Source: Spirochaetia bacterium
GTDB taxonomy: Bacteria > Spirochaetota > Spirochaetia > CADAEX01
Direction of reading: 5' to 3'
DNA: 64,000 bases
Assembly (NCBI GenBank): GCA_963662795.1
Contig: OY759746.1
Span: 2,400,001-2,464,000 of the forward strand
In this document: positions 1-11,135 of the stretch, piece after piece
How positions within the stretch are numbered: the first letter of the stretch is position 1
Layout: every line of letters starts with the position of its first letter
The notes under the pieces: generated by a model
Seen by the model: only the letters and a program-made list of their open reading frames with translations
What the model was told of the DNA's origin: nothing
Databases searched by the model: none
Translations under genes and position numbers: made by a program

Positions 1-179
1 GGGGTGCAGTGAGAGCTGTCATGGATGCTGTTGGAATACATGATATATTGAGTAAATCTCTGGGATCAAAAAACAGCATAAATATTGTAAAAGCGGTATT
101 TAACGGCCTTGAGCAGATTATGGATGCTAAAAAAGTAGCAGTAGACAGAGGCAAGACAATTAAAGATATGTGGGGTTGA
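1..179 (+). CDS. rpsE: 30S ribosomal protein S5, 3' part (truncated by window edge)
   Basis: Frame from nt 3 reads [31 protein letters not shown]...MWG-TGA; S5 C-terminal motif, directly upstream of rpmD. Confidence 0.95.
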   Translation, partial: GAVRAVMDAVGIHDILSKSLGSKNSINIVKAVFNGLEQIMDAKKVAVDRGKTIKDMWG

Positions 180-183
180 TGAT

Positions 184-369
184 ATGGCTGAAAAAATTAA
201 AATAAGGCTTGTAAGAAGCACAATCGGAAGGAAACCGTATCAGAGAAAAACCGCCAAAGCCCTTGGGCTTGGAAAGATTAATTCAAGTGTAGAAAAAGAA
301 GTTAATCCTGCCATATTGGGAATGGTCAGAGCCATAGAACATCTGGTTGAAGTTGAGGAGATAAAATAA
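184..369 (+). CDS. rpmD: 50S ribosomal protein L30
   Basis: 61 aa, [10 protein letters not shown]...ALGLGKI motif, spc operon position. Confidence 0.97.
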   Translation: MAEKIKIRLVRSTIGRKPYQRKTAKALGLGKINSSVEKEVNPAILGMVRAIEHLVEVEEIK

Positions 370-371
370 CT

Positions 372-836
372 ATGGATGATATAATCTTGAATGCGCCTTT
401 TGGCGCTAATAAAACCAGGAAGCGACTTGGCCGGGGTGTCGGCTCAGGTCTCGGAAAAACTTCGGGGAAAGGACATAAAGGGCAGAACTCAAGATCAGGT
501 GGCGGTGTAAGACCGGGCTTTGAAGGCGGTCAGATGCCTATTTATAGAAGAGTTGCCTCAAGAGGGTTTTCCAATTACCCTTTCAAAAAAGCCAATACAG
601 TGATTAATATTTCTAATCTGGAAACATCTTTTAAGAGCGGTGAACAGGTAGACCTTGCTTCCCTTAAAGAAAAATCTGTAATAAAGAAAAGTGATTTTCT
701 TGTAAAACTTCTCGGTGACGGGGAGTTATCAAAAAAACTGGATGTTAAACTGCCTTTTATTTCTGCCAGCGCAAAAGAGAAAATAGAAAAAGCCGGCGGC
801 AAGATAATTGCAGCTGAAATTCAAGAGAGCAGGTAG
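372..836 (+). CDS. rplO: 50S ribosomal protein L15
   Basis: RLGRGVGSGLGKTSGKGHKGQ and GFEGGQMP motifs. Confidence 0.98.
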   Translation: MDDIILNAPFGANKTRKRLGRGVGSGLGKTSGKGHKGQNSRSGGGVRPGFEGGQMPIYRRVASRGFSNYPFKKANTVINISNLETSFKSGEQVDLASLKEKSVIKKSDFLVKLLGDGELSKKLDVKLPFISASAKEKIEKAGGKIIAAEIQESR

Positions 837-841
837 GCAGT

Positions 842-2164
842 ATGGCAGGTAATCCGCTAATTGATGTATTCAGGATAAAAGATCTAAGAGAGAGGATTTT
901 ATTTACAATAGTTGTTCTTATTGTGTTCAGAATCGGAACGATTCTGCCCATTCCGGGAATAAATATTAATGCTCTTAAACTTTATTTTTCTGCGCAGGAT
1001 AGTGCCAGCCCGCTTGGTATAACCGATTATATTGACTTTTTTACAGGAGGCGGTTTTTCCAATTTCTCTGTATTTATGCTTGGAATAATGCCTTATATAT
1101 CAATGTCAATTATTATGCAGCTTCTTCTCCTTGTTTTTCCTAAACTCAAGAAGATTTCAGAACAGGAAGGCGGCAGAAAAAAAATACAGCGGTATACCAG
1201 ATATGGAACAGTAGCTGTATGTCTTATTCAGTCGTACGCTGTTACAATTTATGCCCGTAATATTCCTGATGCCATTTCTATCAATATCATGGCATATTCT
1301 ATTATTGCAATGATAACTGTGACAACAGGAACCATTCTCCTGATGTGGCTTGGTGAACAGGTTACCCAGAGGGGAATAGGAAACGGTATATCGCTGATTA
1401 TTTTTGCCGGTATTGTGGCCAGAATGCCTAAGGCATTTTATATCCTTGTCCAGAAAATAAGAGACAGGGAGCTCAATCCGGTGTTTGTTATTATAGTCCT
1501 TGCAATGTTTGTAGGGATTATTGCACTTGTAATTTATGAACAGCAGGGACAGAGAAAAATACCGGTTCACTATGCGAAAAGAGTAGTTGGAAGGAAAATG
1601 TATGGAGCTCAAAATACATACATACCATTTAAGATTAACCCTTCTGGTGTTATTCCGGTTATTTTCGCATCATCTGTTATGGCATTCCCGCTCCAGCTCT
1701 TTGGTAACCTTGGAGTAAAATACAGATGGATGGCATCAATGTCTTACTGGTTCAGACCTTCAGGTGCGCCGTATTTAATTACATACGCGCTTCTTATAAT
1801 TTTCTTTGCATATTTTTATACCCAGGTTTCCCTGAATCCTGTTGAAATTGCGAAGCAGATTAGAGAAAATGGAGGTTCAATTCCGGGTATAAGAACCGAA
1901 AAAATTGAAGCTTATCTGTCAAGAATATTGAACAGGATTATTCTGCCTGGTTCGATGTTTCTTGCTTTTATTGCTGTTATACCAACAATCATTCAGAAAA
2001 TGTTTGGATTTCCGATTCAGGTATCAATGCTGATGGGAGGAACGTCTCTTCTGATTATGGTTGGAGTAGACCTTGATACGATGTCACAGATTGAGGGGCA
2101 CCTGAAAATGCACCATCATGACGGCATTGTCAGGAAGGGCAAAATACGATCAAGGAATCTGTAG
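842..2164 (+). CDS. secY: Preprotein translocase subunit SecY
   Basis: [38 protein letters not shown] motifs; about 10 TM segments. Confidence 0.98.
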   Translation: MAGNPLIDVFRIKDLRERILFTIVVLIVFRIGTILPIPGININALKLYFSAQDSASPLGITDYIDFFTGGGFSNFSVFMLGIMPYISMSIIMQLLLLVFPKLKKISEQEGGRKKIQRYTRYGTVAVCLIQSYAVTIYARNIPDAISINIMAYSIIAMITVTTGTILLMWLGEQVTQRGIGNGISLIIFAGIVARMPKAFYILVQKIRDRELNPVFVIIVLAMFVGIIALVIYEQQGQRKIPVHYAKRVVGRKMYGAQNTYIPFKINPSGVIPVIFASSVMAFPLQLFGNLGVKYRWMASMSYWFRPSGAPYLITYALLIIFFAYFYTQVSLNPVEIAKQIRENGGSIPGIRTEKIEAYLSRILNRIILPGSMFLAFIAVIPTIIQKMFGFPIQVSMLMGGTSLLIMVGVDLDTMSQIEGHLKMHHHDGIVRKGKIRSRNL

Positions 2165-2175
2165 GAGAATTCATA

Positions 2176-2289
2176 ATGAAAGTACGGTCAAGTATTAAAC
2201 CTATGTGTGAAAAATGTAAAGTTATCAGAAGAAGAGGGGTATTGAGAATAATTTGTCAAAACCCTAAACATAAGCAGAGGCAAAGGTAG
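2176..2289 (+). CDS. rpmJ: 50S ribosomal protein L36 (Zn-binding form; absent from ORF track because short)
   Basis: Hand translation [37 protein letters not shown]; SD AGGAG upstream. Confidence 0.97.
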   Translation: MKVRSSIKPMCEKCKVIRRRGVLRIICQNPKHKQRQR

Positions 2290-2302
2290 GGGGAACAACT
2301 AA

Positions 2303-2668
2303 ATGGCAAGAATTGCGGGTATAGACCTGCCAAACAAGAGTGTGAAAATCGCTCTTACATATATCTATGGAATTGGCAGGACATCAGCGGTAAAAATTTG
2401 CAGCGAAACTGGTCTTGATCCTGATAAAAAGATCAATGATCTTTCTGCTGATGAAGTCAATAACCTTAGAAAAGAAATTGAAAGTGACTATAAGGTTGAA
2501 GGAAGGCTCAGAACAGAAGTTTCCCTTAACATAAAGAGACTTATGGATATCGGAAGTTACAGGGGTTTAAGACACAGAAAAGGGCTGCCTGTACGGGGAC
2601 AGAGAACAAAAACAAACGCAAGAACCAGAAAAGGTAAGAAGAAGACTGTAGCTGGTAAGAAGAAGTGA
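2303..2668 (+). CDS. rpsM: 30S ribosomal protein S13
   Basis: [28 protein letters not shown]. Confidence 0.98.
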   Translation: MARIAGIDLPNKSVKIALTYIYGIGRTSAVKICSETGLDPDKKINDLSADEVNNLRKEIESDYKVEGRLRTEVSLNIKRLMDIGSYRGLRHRKGLPVRGQRTKTNARTRKGKKKTVAGKKK

Positions 2669-2683
2669 TGCTGGAGGTTATAA

Positions 2684-3064
2684 TTGGCTAATCTGAAAAA
2701 GAAAAAAGAAAAAAAGAATGTTTTCAGTGGTAATGTTTACATACAGGCTACTTTTAACAATACAATTATTACAATTACTGATCTTAACGGCAATGCCCTT
2801 TCCTGGGCCAGTGCCGGAGGGCTTTCTTTCAAGGGAGCAAAAAAATCAACACCGTATGCTGCACAGACTACAGCTGAAGCTGCTGTGAAGAAAGCTATGG
2901 ATTTAGGGCTTAGAGAAGTAAATGTATATGTCAAAGGGCCTGGTGTGGGTAGAGAGTCGGCGATAAGATCTATTGGAGTACTTGGTGTAAGGGTTTTAAG
3001 CATTAAAGATATTACCCCAATTCCTCACAATGGCTGCAGACCAAAGAAAACAAGAAGAGTTTAA
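2684..3064 (+). CDS. rpsK: 30S ribosomal protein S11 (TTG start)
   Basis: [27 protein letters not shown]; SD GGAGG upstream. Confidence 0.98.
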   Translation: MANLKKKKEKKNVFSGNVYIQATFNNTIITITDLNGNALSWASAGGLSFKGAKKSTPYAAQTTAEAAVKKAMDLGLREVNVYVKGPGVGRESAIRSIGVLGVRVLSIKDITPIPHNGCRPKKTRRV

Positions 3065-3082
3065 GGACGAGGTACATATTAA

Positions 3083-3718
3083 ATGGCAAGATATTTAGGA
3101 CCGAAATGCAGATTGTGCAGAATTGAAAAAAAGAAACTCTTTCTGAAAGGGGAGAGGTGCAATTCTTCAAAATGCGCAATTACTCAGAAAAAAAGCATGC
3201 CTGGAAAGTCAGCTAAATCCAGGGTTGGGAAAATGTCGGATTATGGTCTTCAGTTGCGTGAAAAACAGAAATTGAAGAGAATATACGGCATGCTCGAGAA
3301 ACAGTTTAAACTGACTTTTAATGAAGCTTCAAGGAAAGCCGGGAAAACAGGTGAAAACCTTATAAGGATTCTTGAAACAAGACTGGACAATATTGTTTAC
3401 AGAATGAAATTTTCCAATTCCAGAAACCAGGCCAGGCAGCTTGTTAATCATGGGCATATTCTTGTAAATGGTAAATGTGTTGATATACCATCCTATATAG
3501 TCAAACAGAATGATGTTATAGAAATAAAGGAAAAAAGTAAGAAATCCATCTCAATAAAGGAAAGCCTTAAGGAATATACAAAATCCGGTGTAATGCCATG
3601 GCTTGAAGTTAATCCGGATGAGATGAGAGGTGTAATAAAAGCTGTTCCATTAAGAAGTGAAGTAACTGATCTGGCAGAAATTAATGAACAGTTAATAGTC
3701 GAACTATATTCGAGGTAA
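3083..3718 (+). CDS. rpsD: 30S ribosomal protein S4 (four-Cys zinc form)
   Basis: MARYLGPKCRLCR, YGLQLREKQK, LETRLDN, QARQLVNHGH. Confidence 0.98.
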   Translation: MARYLGPKCRLCRIEKKKLFLKGERCNSSKCAITQKKSMPGKSAKSRVGKMSDYGLQLREKQKLKRIYGMLEKQFKLTFNEASRKAGKTGENLIRILETRLDNIVYRMKFSNSRNQARQLVNHGHILVNGKCVDIPSYIVKQNDVIEIKEKSKKSISIKESLKEYTKSGVMPWLEVNPDEMRGVIKAVPLRSEVTDLAEINEQLIVELYSR

Positions 3719-3722
3719 ATAA

Positions 3723-4778
3723 ATGGCAAGAAAAAACCTTTTGAAGGGATTTAAAAGGCCTAAGGGTATCTCATTTGAACAGAGTGAGAGTTCTCAAAAT
3801 TACGGTAAATTTATTGCATATCCGTTTGAAAGAGGTTTTGGTACTACAATTGGTAATACTTTAAGAAGAATCCTACTTTCTTCACTGCAGGGGTATGCTG
3901 TAACTGCTGTAAAATTTACAAGCTACAACAGTGACGGCAATCCGCATATAATTTCCAGTGAGTTTGAACTCATCCCAGGGGTTATCGAAGATACACCGGA
4001 GATAATTAATAATCTTAAGCAGCTGCAGATCAAGCTTGAGGATGATCTGGAACAAAAAATAATATTGCTTGAGAACCGGAAAGACGGTGAAGTTACTGGA
4101 AAGGATTTTGAAGTAGATTCACAGATTAAGATTTTAAATAAAGATCTTAAAATTGCTACCCTGATGAAGGATGCAAATGTCGATATTGAAATCCAGATTG
4201 ATCTTGGAAGAGGTTATGTACCGGCAGAAACAAACGAAAAATATATTGAAATAATAGGGACAATACCTGTTGATGCAATATTTTCACCCATTAAACGGGT
4301 TATGTATTCGATTGAAAACACCAGGGTCGGTTACAGAAATGATTACGACAAGCTGATTCTTGAAGTGTGGACCGATGGAACTGTAACCCCGGAAGATGCC
4401 ATTGCAGAAGCCGCCAAGGTTGCCAAAGATCATTTTACGATTTTCATTAATTTTGATGAAGATACAGTCGGTGTCGAAGATGATGTGGATGAGGAAGAGG
4501 AAAGGATCAGAAAGATTCTTGACACTCCGGTAGATGAGCTTGAATTATCAGTAAGATCAAGCAACTGCCTGAAAAATGCAAATATCAGAACAATTGGCGA
4601 ACTTACATCAAAAACTGAAGATGATATAGCAAAAACCAGAAATTTTGGGAAAAAATCTCTTTTGGAAATAAAAGAAAAGCTTAAAGAATGGGATCTTGAA
4701 CTGGGAATGACTGATTACAGCAGTCTGCGGTTTAAGGTGACTCCACTTAATCAGAAGGAAAATGAAGATGAAGCATAG
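3723..4778 (+). CDS. rpoA: RNA polymerase subunit alpha
   Basis: [21 protein letters not shown]; alpha-[21 protein letters not shown]. Confidence 0.98.
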   Translation: MARKNLLKGFKRPKGISFEQSESSQNYGKFIAYPFERGFGTTIGNTLRRILLSSLQGYAVTAVKFTSYNSDGNPHIISSEFELIPGVIEDTPEIINNLKQLQIKLEDDLEQKIILLENRKDGEVTGKDFEVDSQIKILNKDLKIATLMKDANVDIEIQIDLGRGYVPAETNEKYIEIIGTIPVDAIFSPIKRVMYSIENTRVGYRNDYDKLILEVWTDGTVTPEDAIAEAAKVAKDHFTIFINFDEDTVGVEDDVDEEEERIRKILDTPVDELELSVRSSNCLKNANIRTIGELTSKTEDDIAKTRNFGKKSLLEIKEKLKEWDLELGMTDYSSLRFKVTPLNQKENEDEA

Positions 4779-5322
4779 AATTGGCTTTAATAAATTAAGC
4801 AGAACAAGCAGTCACAGAAAAGCTATGACTAGAAATATGGTAACTTCCGTTTTTAAGTATGAAAGAATTAAAACGACAAAAGCCAAAGCTCTTGAGATTA
4901 GAAAAAAAGCAGAAAAAATGATAACAAGAGCAAAAATTGATTCTGTCCATAACAGGCGGATAGTTGCAAAAGATATAACAGACAAAGCTGTTCTCGCAAA
5001 ACTTTTTACAGATATAGCTCCAAGGTTTATAGAAAGAAAGGGCGGATATACCAGAATTATGAAACTTGGAAGAAGAATGGGAGATGCTGCCGAGGTTGTT
5101 TTTCTTGAACTTGTAGAAATGAAAGAAAAAGAAGGCGGAAAGAAAGGTAAGAAAAAAGAGACTGCTGCCAAAACTGAAGAAAAAACAGTAAAAACAGAAG
5201 ATAAAGCAGTAGAGACAGCAGAAAAAACTGTAAAAGCCAAAACAAAAACCGCCAAAATTGAAGAAACACCTGTAAAAACTGAAAAGAAAGAAGAAGTTAA
5301 AGAAGAAAATAAGGAAAGCTGA
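4768..5322 (+). CDS. rplQ: 50S ribosomal protein L17 with K/E/T-rich C-terminal tail
   Basis: MKHR...[18 protein letters not shown]; second ATG (4768) gives the canonical MKH start. Confidence 0.97.
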   Translation: MKHRIGFNKLSRTSSHRKAMTRNMVTSVFKYERIKTTKAKALEIRKKAEKMITRAKIDSVHNRRIVAKDITDKAVLAKLFTDIAPRFIERKGGYTRIMKLGRRMGDAAEVVFLELVEMKEKEGGKKGKKKETAAKTEEKTVKTEDKAVETAEKTVKAKTKTAKIEETPVKTEKKEEVKEENKES

Positions 5323-5362
5323 AATATTTTCATTTTTTAACGGAAAAATATTTATTTAAATT

Positions 5363-5395
5363 AAAAAGGGGAGGTCTTTACCTCTCCTTTTTTTT
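5363..5395 (+). terminator. Intrinsic terminator of the ribosomal operon
   Basis: AAAAAGGGGAGGT-CTTT-ACCTCTCCTTTTTTTT hairpin with U-tract after rplQ. Confidence 0.85.
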
Positions 5396-5450
5396 GCCGA
5401 TAATAAACAGTATATTACTCATAAAACAGGGGAGATGGGTCATTTAAGAA

Positions 5451-8400
5451 ATGAAGATAATTAAAAAAGCTGCAGTAAGTTTTGCATTGACATTACTCTT
5501 GTTTACTGCTTTTGCAATTATTTCTTATTCAACTCTGTTTAATATAATAGAATCAAAATTTTATAATCAGAAAATTATTTCTGAAAAAGAACAGAAAATA
5601 CAAAAATTACTGCTCGGGATTGATAACTACATAACCGAAAAACAGGAACTGGCAGATTCCATCGCATCAGAAATTTCAATTAAAAACAGTTTTCTTATAA
5701 ACCAGAGCCGTGAAGATATCTTCAGGCGTGAAAATATTGTTTCCTCATTAATTAACCGTGATATTGGCTTCAGTTATATAAGGGTAATTGATGAAGACGG
5801 AAAAATACACTATAGCAGCAATCAGGAAGATATAAGAGTTTCAGATGACAGAAAAGTAACCTATAAAATGGCGGATGAAACATCAGCAGCCAACTACATG
5901 GAATTACTTGATGTTTTTGAAAAGCAGGGAATTGTATTCCAGGCTGATAATAATCAAAATGCGTTTATTTCTGAGATATATGATAATTTTGGGATTAAGC
6001 GGGGATATCTTTTTCTGTATCTTGGTGAAAATGATATATGGGAATATCTCTCCAGCGGTAATATTTTAGAGAAAAACTCTGTTATCAGATATCCGGGTTA
6101 TTACAGTATTGTTGTTAACATGACTGATGAAAATTCAGCAATATTGCAGGATCTTGATAAATACTGGAAAAGCAGCGCGATTGTAAACCCTCATCCTCTA
6201 TATACTGATGATGCCGGCAACAGCTTTTCTGTTATTTCAGCAGAATGGAAAAGCGGCTTCGCAGGTTTTGTTTTACCTGATGAATCATTTAAAATTAATA
6301 CAGTTTACAGATATATACTTTTGGTTTCCGCATTTTCCATTTTTTTTATCATATTATTTTTGGCAATGAATCTGCGGCAGGATAATATAACAATTATTGC
6401 AGAGAGAGTAAAAAGATTTCAGATAAACTTCTTGATAGAATATCTTGAAAATAAAAGTGATATCGAATGGAAAAAATGGAAAAAAGAGCTTGAAAACAGA
6501 AAGGAAGAGGTCAGGAAAGAATTCAAAAAAGGGCTCAGGGGAATAAAGGGAACTGAGAAAGAAACAACTGTTAATGAACTTATTGATAAGAGCTGGGATG
6601 AAATAATAAGTCTTCTTGCAGGACATCTTGAAAAAAAGCAGGATTTGAAAGGTATTGGCCAGGTTGCCAACCTTCAGATTGGAAATATTGAAGAAATTAT
6701 CAGACGGATTATTACAAGTGAAAAAGATGTAAGGCTTAAGCCGCAAGCACTTACCGCACTGAAACCTGCACCGCCAGAAGCTGAGGTAGTCGCGGATGCG
6801 GAACCCGAAGAGCTTGAAGAACTTGATGAACTTGAAGGGGAAGAAGCTGCCGCGGTTGCAGAAGCGGAGGCGGCAGAGGATCTTGAAGAGCTTGATGAAC
6901 TTGAAGGTGAAGAACCTGCCGCAGTTACAGAAGCGGAGGCGGCAGAGGAACTTGAAGAGCTTGATGAACTTGAAGGTGAAGAAGCTGCCGCGGTTACAGA
7001 AGCGGAGACGGCAGAGGATCTTGAAGAGCTTGATGAACTTGAAGGTGAAGAAGCTGCCGCGGTTGCAGAAGCGGAGGCGGCAGAGGATCTCGAAGAGCTT
7101 GATGAACTTGAAGGTGAAGAACCTGTCGCGGTTGCAGAAGCGGAGGCGGTCGCAGATGCGGAACCCGAAGAACTTGAAGCTCCCTCCGTATCTGCAGTTG
7201 ATACTATCGAGAAGCTTGAGGAACTGGAAGAACTGGAAGCTGGAACAGAGAAAGAACCATGTGCTTCAGAACCGGGAGAAACTTCAACAACTGATATAAA
7301 GACTGACAGAAAGATAGATGAAACTTCAAAATTCGATGAATTGGTATCTGTTTATAAAGATTATGGAGAAGAAATTATAAGTGTTGATGAAGTTCAGAAG
7401 ACCATAACAGAAATTGAAAACAGTCTAATTCCTATAACAGACGGCGAAGATGAAAAAGATATAGAAAAACTTGTTAATTTCAGGAACATTATTTCAGCTT
7501 CTGATAAGAAAGAAATATCTGACGATCTTGAACCAGAAGAGCTTGCAGAGCTTGCAGAAACTGAAAACGCGGATGCGGAGCAATCTGCCGAACTCGAAGA
7601 GCTCGAAGAACTTGAGGATAATCGCCGGTTTTCTGATGTCAACAAGAGCTTTATAGCAGGTTCAGCTGATCAGGGAATGGAATTGCTCGATGAGCTTGAA
7701 ACAGTTGAAGATCTTAAACCCCTGAATATAGATGAAAAATACGAAAAACTCGAAGCCCTTGAAGTTGCCGAAAATGGTGAAAACGATGAGGTTAGAAGCG
7801 TAGAGTATCTCAAAGACAGATATAAGGAAAGTTATAACAAGCAAAATTATATGCCGGATTCCTTCTACAGCAGGATCAGGCAATACAGATATGAAGAAAT
7901 GACAGGTCTGGCTGAAAACGCATTGCTTGAAGAGATCAGTGTCCATAGCCGTGAAAATATTGATGCATTCTCTTTTACTGATAAAATAGAGATACTCCAG
8001 AAACAGGGTTTAGTTGAAATTGAAAATATTGAAAATGTTTTTGCCCATTTATATGGAGATGAAAATGCAGTTATTGATAAAGACGGGGTTTTGGAAATTA
8101 ATCAGGAATTATACAGCAGCAGTTCAGAGTTGGAAAACAGGGAATTAAAACAGCTGATTGATAAAGTTGTTGAAAGGGATGAGGACCAGACAGCTGTCTC
8201 TGATGTTTTTTTCTCTGAAAATGTAGATCTGCCAATGTTCTCTGATATCAGTGAAGAACGTCCTGTGAAAAAAAATAAAGTCAGTAATGAAAAAATTGAC
8301 AGAAAAGACGGTTTTGATTTTGATCTTCTTTATAAAGATTATTCAGGCGACCAGTCTGTTGCTGCCATGCGTCTCCTTCTTAAGATAACACGCGAGATTG

Positions 8401-8744
8401 ACTCATTTTTCGGAGCAATCATTGTTCAGGATGAAGCATCCTATTATCCTGAAACAGTTGTCGGGCTTGACAAGAATCTGCCTGGTCTGCTGAACATTAA
8501 AAAGAAAGGATCGCTATACAGGGAGCTGCTTTCTGATAGAAAAATCCTGTTTTTCAAAACAGGAATCAGGGAAATTGCTGAATTAAAGTGTCTTTTTTCA
8601 ACCAATGATATTGATAAAATTAAAAGTTTATTATTTCTTCCAATAAGATACAGAGAAAAACAGGCTTATCTTGTCGCTTCCCCTGACAAAAACCTGTTTA
8701 CTGTCGATACTCTGATGCTAAAAGTCAAAAATCTCCAAAAATAG
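5451..8744 (+). CDS. Large membrane-anchored acidic protein (2 TM around a Cache-like extracytoplasmic region; long Glu/Asp-rich cytoplasmic region)
   Basis: 1097 aa ORF; TM near aa 8-30 and 285-305; EELEEL-type repeats; function not recognised. Confidence 0.8.
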   Translation: MKIIKKAAVSFALTLLLFTAFAIISYSTLFNIIESKFYNQKIISEKEQKIQKLLLGIDNYITEKQELADSIASEISIKNSFLINQSREDIFRRENIVSSLINRDIGFSYIRVIDEDGKIHYSSNQEDIRVSDDRKVTYKMADETSAANYMELLDVFEKQGIVFQADNNQNAFISEIYDNFGIKRGYLFLYLGENDIWEYLSSGNILEKNSVIRYPGYYSIVVNMTDENSAILQDLDKYWKSSAIVNPHPLYTDDAGNSFSVISAEWKSGFAGFVLPDESFKINTVYRYILLVSAFSIFFIILFLAMNLRQDNITIIAERVKRFQINFLIEYLENKSDIEWKKWKKELENRKEEVRKEFKKGLRGIKGTEKETTVNELIDKSWDEIISLLAGHLEKKQDLKGIGQVANLQIGNIEEIIRRIITSEKDVRLKPQALTALKPAPPEAEVVADAEPEELEELDELEGEEAAAVAEAEAAEDLEELDELEGEEPAAVTEAEAAEELEELDELEGEEAAAVTEAETAEDLEELDELEGEEAAAVAEAEAAEDLEELDELEGEEPVAVAEAEAVADAEPEELEAPSVSAVDTIEKLEELEELEAGTEKEPCASEPGETSTTDIKTDRKIDETSKFDELVSVYKDYGEEIISVDEVQKTITEIENSLIPITDGEDEKDIEKLVNFRNIISASDKKEISDDLEPEELAELAETENADAEQSAELEELEELEDNRRFSDVNKSFIAGSADQGMELLDELETVEDLKPLNIDEKYEKLEALEVAENGENDEVRSVEYLKDRYKESYNKQNYMPDSFYSRIRQYRYEEMTGLAENALLEEISVHSRENIDAFSFTDKIEILQKQGLVEIENIENVFAHLYGDENAVIDKDGVLEINQELYSSSSELENRELKQLIDKVVERDEDQTAVSDVFFSENVDLPMFSDISEERPVKKNKVSNEKIDRKDGFDFDLLYKDYSGDQSVAAMRLLLKITREIDSFFGAIIVQDEASYYPETVVGLDKNLPGLLNIKKKGSLYRELLSDRKILFFKTGIREIAELKCLFSTNDIDKIKSLLFLPIRYREKQAYLVASPDKNLFTVDTLMLKVKNLQK
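6813..7150 (+). repeat. Five in-frame 69-bp tandem repeats (23 aa LEELDELEGEEAAAVAEAEAAED)
   Basis: Units start at 6813, 6882, 6951, 7020, 7089; flanked by a duplicated GTCGCRGATGCGGAACCCGAAGARCTTGAAG at 6789 and 7149. Confidence 0.95.
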
Positions 8745-8757
8745 ATAGCGATAATTC

Positions 8758-8787
8758 TTGACAACCGACATAAAAAATATGTATTAT
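8758..8787 (+). promoter_or_regulatory. Sigma70-type promoter for the rny operon
   Basis: TTGACA-N18-TATTAT, then SD GGAGG before rny. Confidence 0.55.
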
Positions 8788-8818
8788 TTTTTATTAAAAG
8801 TTAAACTGGAGGAAGATT

Positions 8819-10348
8819 ATGCAATTAATTCTTTATATTATTCTTCCTCTCATTGGTTTGATATTAGGTTGGATAATTCGGTGGCTATATGCAAGAGTTC
8901 AGCTGTCATCATCAGAGCAGAAAGCTGAACGTATAAAACAGGATGCTGTAAAAGAGGCTGAAGCAAGGAAAAAGGAACTGTTTTTAGAAGCTAAAGATCA
9001 GTTGCTTAGAGAAAGGAATCAGCAGGAGAAGGATTTTCGGGAAAGAAGAAGCGAACTTCAGCGTTTTGAGAGACGATTACTTCAAAAAGAAGACAACCTC
9101 GATAGTAAAATTAATATGCTTGAGAAACAATCCCAGGCGATTACAGACCGTGAGAGATATCTTGAAAAGAAAGAGAATGCTTTAGAAGAGCAGGAAAAAG
9201 AGTGGCAGAGGAAACTTGAAGAAGTTTCAGGTCTTTCAGCATCTGATGCCAAAAAACTCATAATGGATTCACTTGAAAATGAAGCAAAACACGATGCGCA
9301 GGCTCTGCTTAACAAGATTGAACAGGAAGCGCAGCTATCTGCAGAAAAAAAAGCCAGAGAAATACTTGTTGCGACAATTCAGAGAATTGCCACAGATGTA
9401 AGTTCTGAGGTAACAATAGCTTCTGTAAGTCTTCCAAGTGACGAAATGAAAGGGAGAATTATCGGACGCGAAGGGCGTAATATAAGGACCCTGGAAACAC
9501 TGACCGGGGTAGACGTAATTATTGATGATACGCCTGAAGCGGTTGTTATATCCTGTTTTGATCCCGTCAGGAAAGAAATTGCAAGGGTTTCCCTTGAGCG
9601 CCTTATTATGGACGGCAGGATCCATCCTGCAAGAATAGAAGAGATTGTTCAGAAAGTAAAAAAAGAAATTAATCAGACAGTATTTGAAGAAGGCGAAAAA
9701 GTACTTTTTGATCTTGGCATCCACAACATGAGCCCGGAAGGGATAAGGGCACTTGGCAGACTTCATTTCAGAACCAGCTACGGCCAGAACGTTCTGCAGC
9801 ATTCAAAAGAGGTAGCGATCATAGCGAGTCTTATAGCTGCTGAAGTAGGCGCTAACAGGATGATAACAAGACGTGCAGCTCTTCTCCACGATATCGGCAA
9901 AGGTATTGAGACAAACGGTGACGGCAATCATGCGGAAATTGGCATGGATGCTGCAAAGAAAATCGGAGAAGATCCCAGAGTAATAAATGCAGTCGGCTCA
10001 CATCACAACGATATTGAACCTTCATGTATTGAATCTGTGATTGTACAGATAGCAGATGCCATATCGGCAGCCCGCCCCGGTGCAAGACGGGAAACAATTG
10101 ACAACTATATCAAGAGGCTTGAAAACCTTGAGAAGATTGCAATAGATTTTCCAGGAGTTGACAAGGCATATGCCATACAGGCAGGAAGAGAACTCAGAAT
10201 TCTTGTCAACAACGAAGCTGTAAATGATGAACAGGCGTCAGAATTGTGTAAAACCATTGCAAAAAAAATAGAATCTGAATTGAGATATCCCGGCAGGATA
10301 AGGGTTACTATTATCAGGGAAACCCGTATAGTTGAATATGCAAGATAA
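8819..10348 (+). CDS. rny: Ribonuclease Y
   Basis: N-terminal TM, coiled coil, KH domain (MKGRIIGREGRNIR), HD domain (LLHDIGK). Confidence 0.98.
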   Translation: MQLILYIILPLIGLILGWIIRWLYARVQLSSSEQKAERIKQDAVKEAEARKKELFLEAKDQLLRERNQQEKDFRERRSELQRFERRLLQKEDNLDSKINMLEKQSQAITDRERYLEKKENALEEQEKEWQRKLEEVSGLSASDAKKLIMDSLENEAKHDAQALLNKIEQEAQLSAEKKAREILVATIQRIATDVSSEVTIASVSLPSDEMKGRIIGREGRNIRTLETLTGVDVIIDDTPEAVVISCFDPVRKEIARVSLERLIMDGRIHPARIEEIVQKVKKEINQTVFEEGEKVLFDLGIHNMSPEGIRALGRLHFRTSYGQNVLQHSKEVAIIASLIAAEVGANRMITRRAALLHDIGKGIETNGDGNHAEIGMDAAKKIGEDPRVINAVGSHHNDIEPSCIESVIVQIADAISAARPGARRETIDNYIKRLENLEKIAIDFPGVDKAYAIQAGRELRILVNNEAVNDEQASELCKTIAKKIESELRYPGRIRVTIIRETRIVEYAR

Positions 10349-11135
10349 TTCCTTTAAAGTCCTGCTTCTCGGCGATGTTATCGGACAGGCCGGATGCAGG
10401 GCTGTTTTTTTTAACCTTAAATCCATAATAAAGAAAAAAAATCCGGATTTAGTCATAATTAACGGTGAAAATTCCGCTGATGGTTTCGGTATAATTCCCA
10501 AAACAGCTGAACAGCTGTTTCAGAGCGGGGCTGATGTAATTACGACCGGCAACCACGTCTGGCAAAAACCTGACGGTGTGCAGCTCCTTAAGGATTCTGT
10601 CAACATACTAAGGCCCGCGAACTACCCGGATGGAGCTCCGGGGAGGGGTTACTGTATTGTGGAGAAAAAAGGGATAAAAGTTGCGGTTATCAATCTTGAA
10701 GGGCGTGAAAGCATGTCAAATCTTGACTGCCCGTTCAAATCCGCCAGAGAAATAATCAGGAAAATTAAAAAGGAAGGAAACGTCAATATTATTGTTATTG
10801 ATTTCCATGCCGAATCAACATCTGAAAAAGAATCACTTGCACATTATCTTGACGGAGATGTAAGTTTAATTGCCGGCACTCACACACACATTCAGACAGC
10901 AGATGAAAAAATACTTCCCGGGGGGACAGCTTATATTACAGATGTCGGTATGACCGGACCAGAGGATTCAGTAATCGGTTCTGATAAAATGATAGCAATC
11001 CAGCGTTTTATGACACAGATGCCCGTTAAAATGGAAATAGCGGATACTGATCTTATGATTAACGGTATTCTGGCAGAATTTGATCCTGCCACAGGCCTTG
11101 CAAGGGGCATTGAACGGATTTATGAAAAAGTATGA
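10338..11135 (+). CDS. YmdB/TIGR00282 family metallophosphoesterase
   Basis: GDVIG, NGEN, TTGNH, DFHAE, GTHTH, TDVGMTG; standard rny neighbour. Confidence 0.93.
   Translation: MQDNSFKVLLLGDVIGQAGCRAVFFNLKSIIKKKNPDLVIINGENSADGFGIIPKTAEQLFQSGADVITTGNHVWQKPDGVQLLKDSVNILRPANYPDGAPGRGYCIVEKKGIKVAVINLEGRESMSNLDCPFKSAREIIRKIKKEGNVNIIVIDFHAESTSEKESLAHYLDGDVSLIAGTHTHIQTADEKILPGGTAYITDVGMTGPEDSVIGSDKMIAIQRFMTQMPVKMEIADTDLMINGILAEFDPATGLARGIERIYEKV

Noticed and set aside
2164-2176. Absence of adk, map and infA between secY and rpmJ
   Set aside because: Usual arrangement in treponemal and borrelial spirochaetes, not novel
6813-7150. 69-bp repeats as a CRISPR array
   Set aside because: Head-to-tail, in-frame, no unique spacers, no cas genes
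6796-7299. 167-aa basic repetitive ORF in an alternative plus frame
   Set aside because: Open only because the 69-bp repeat lacks stops in that frame; no SD or independent evidence
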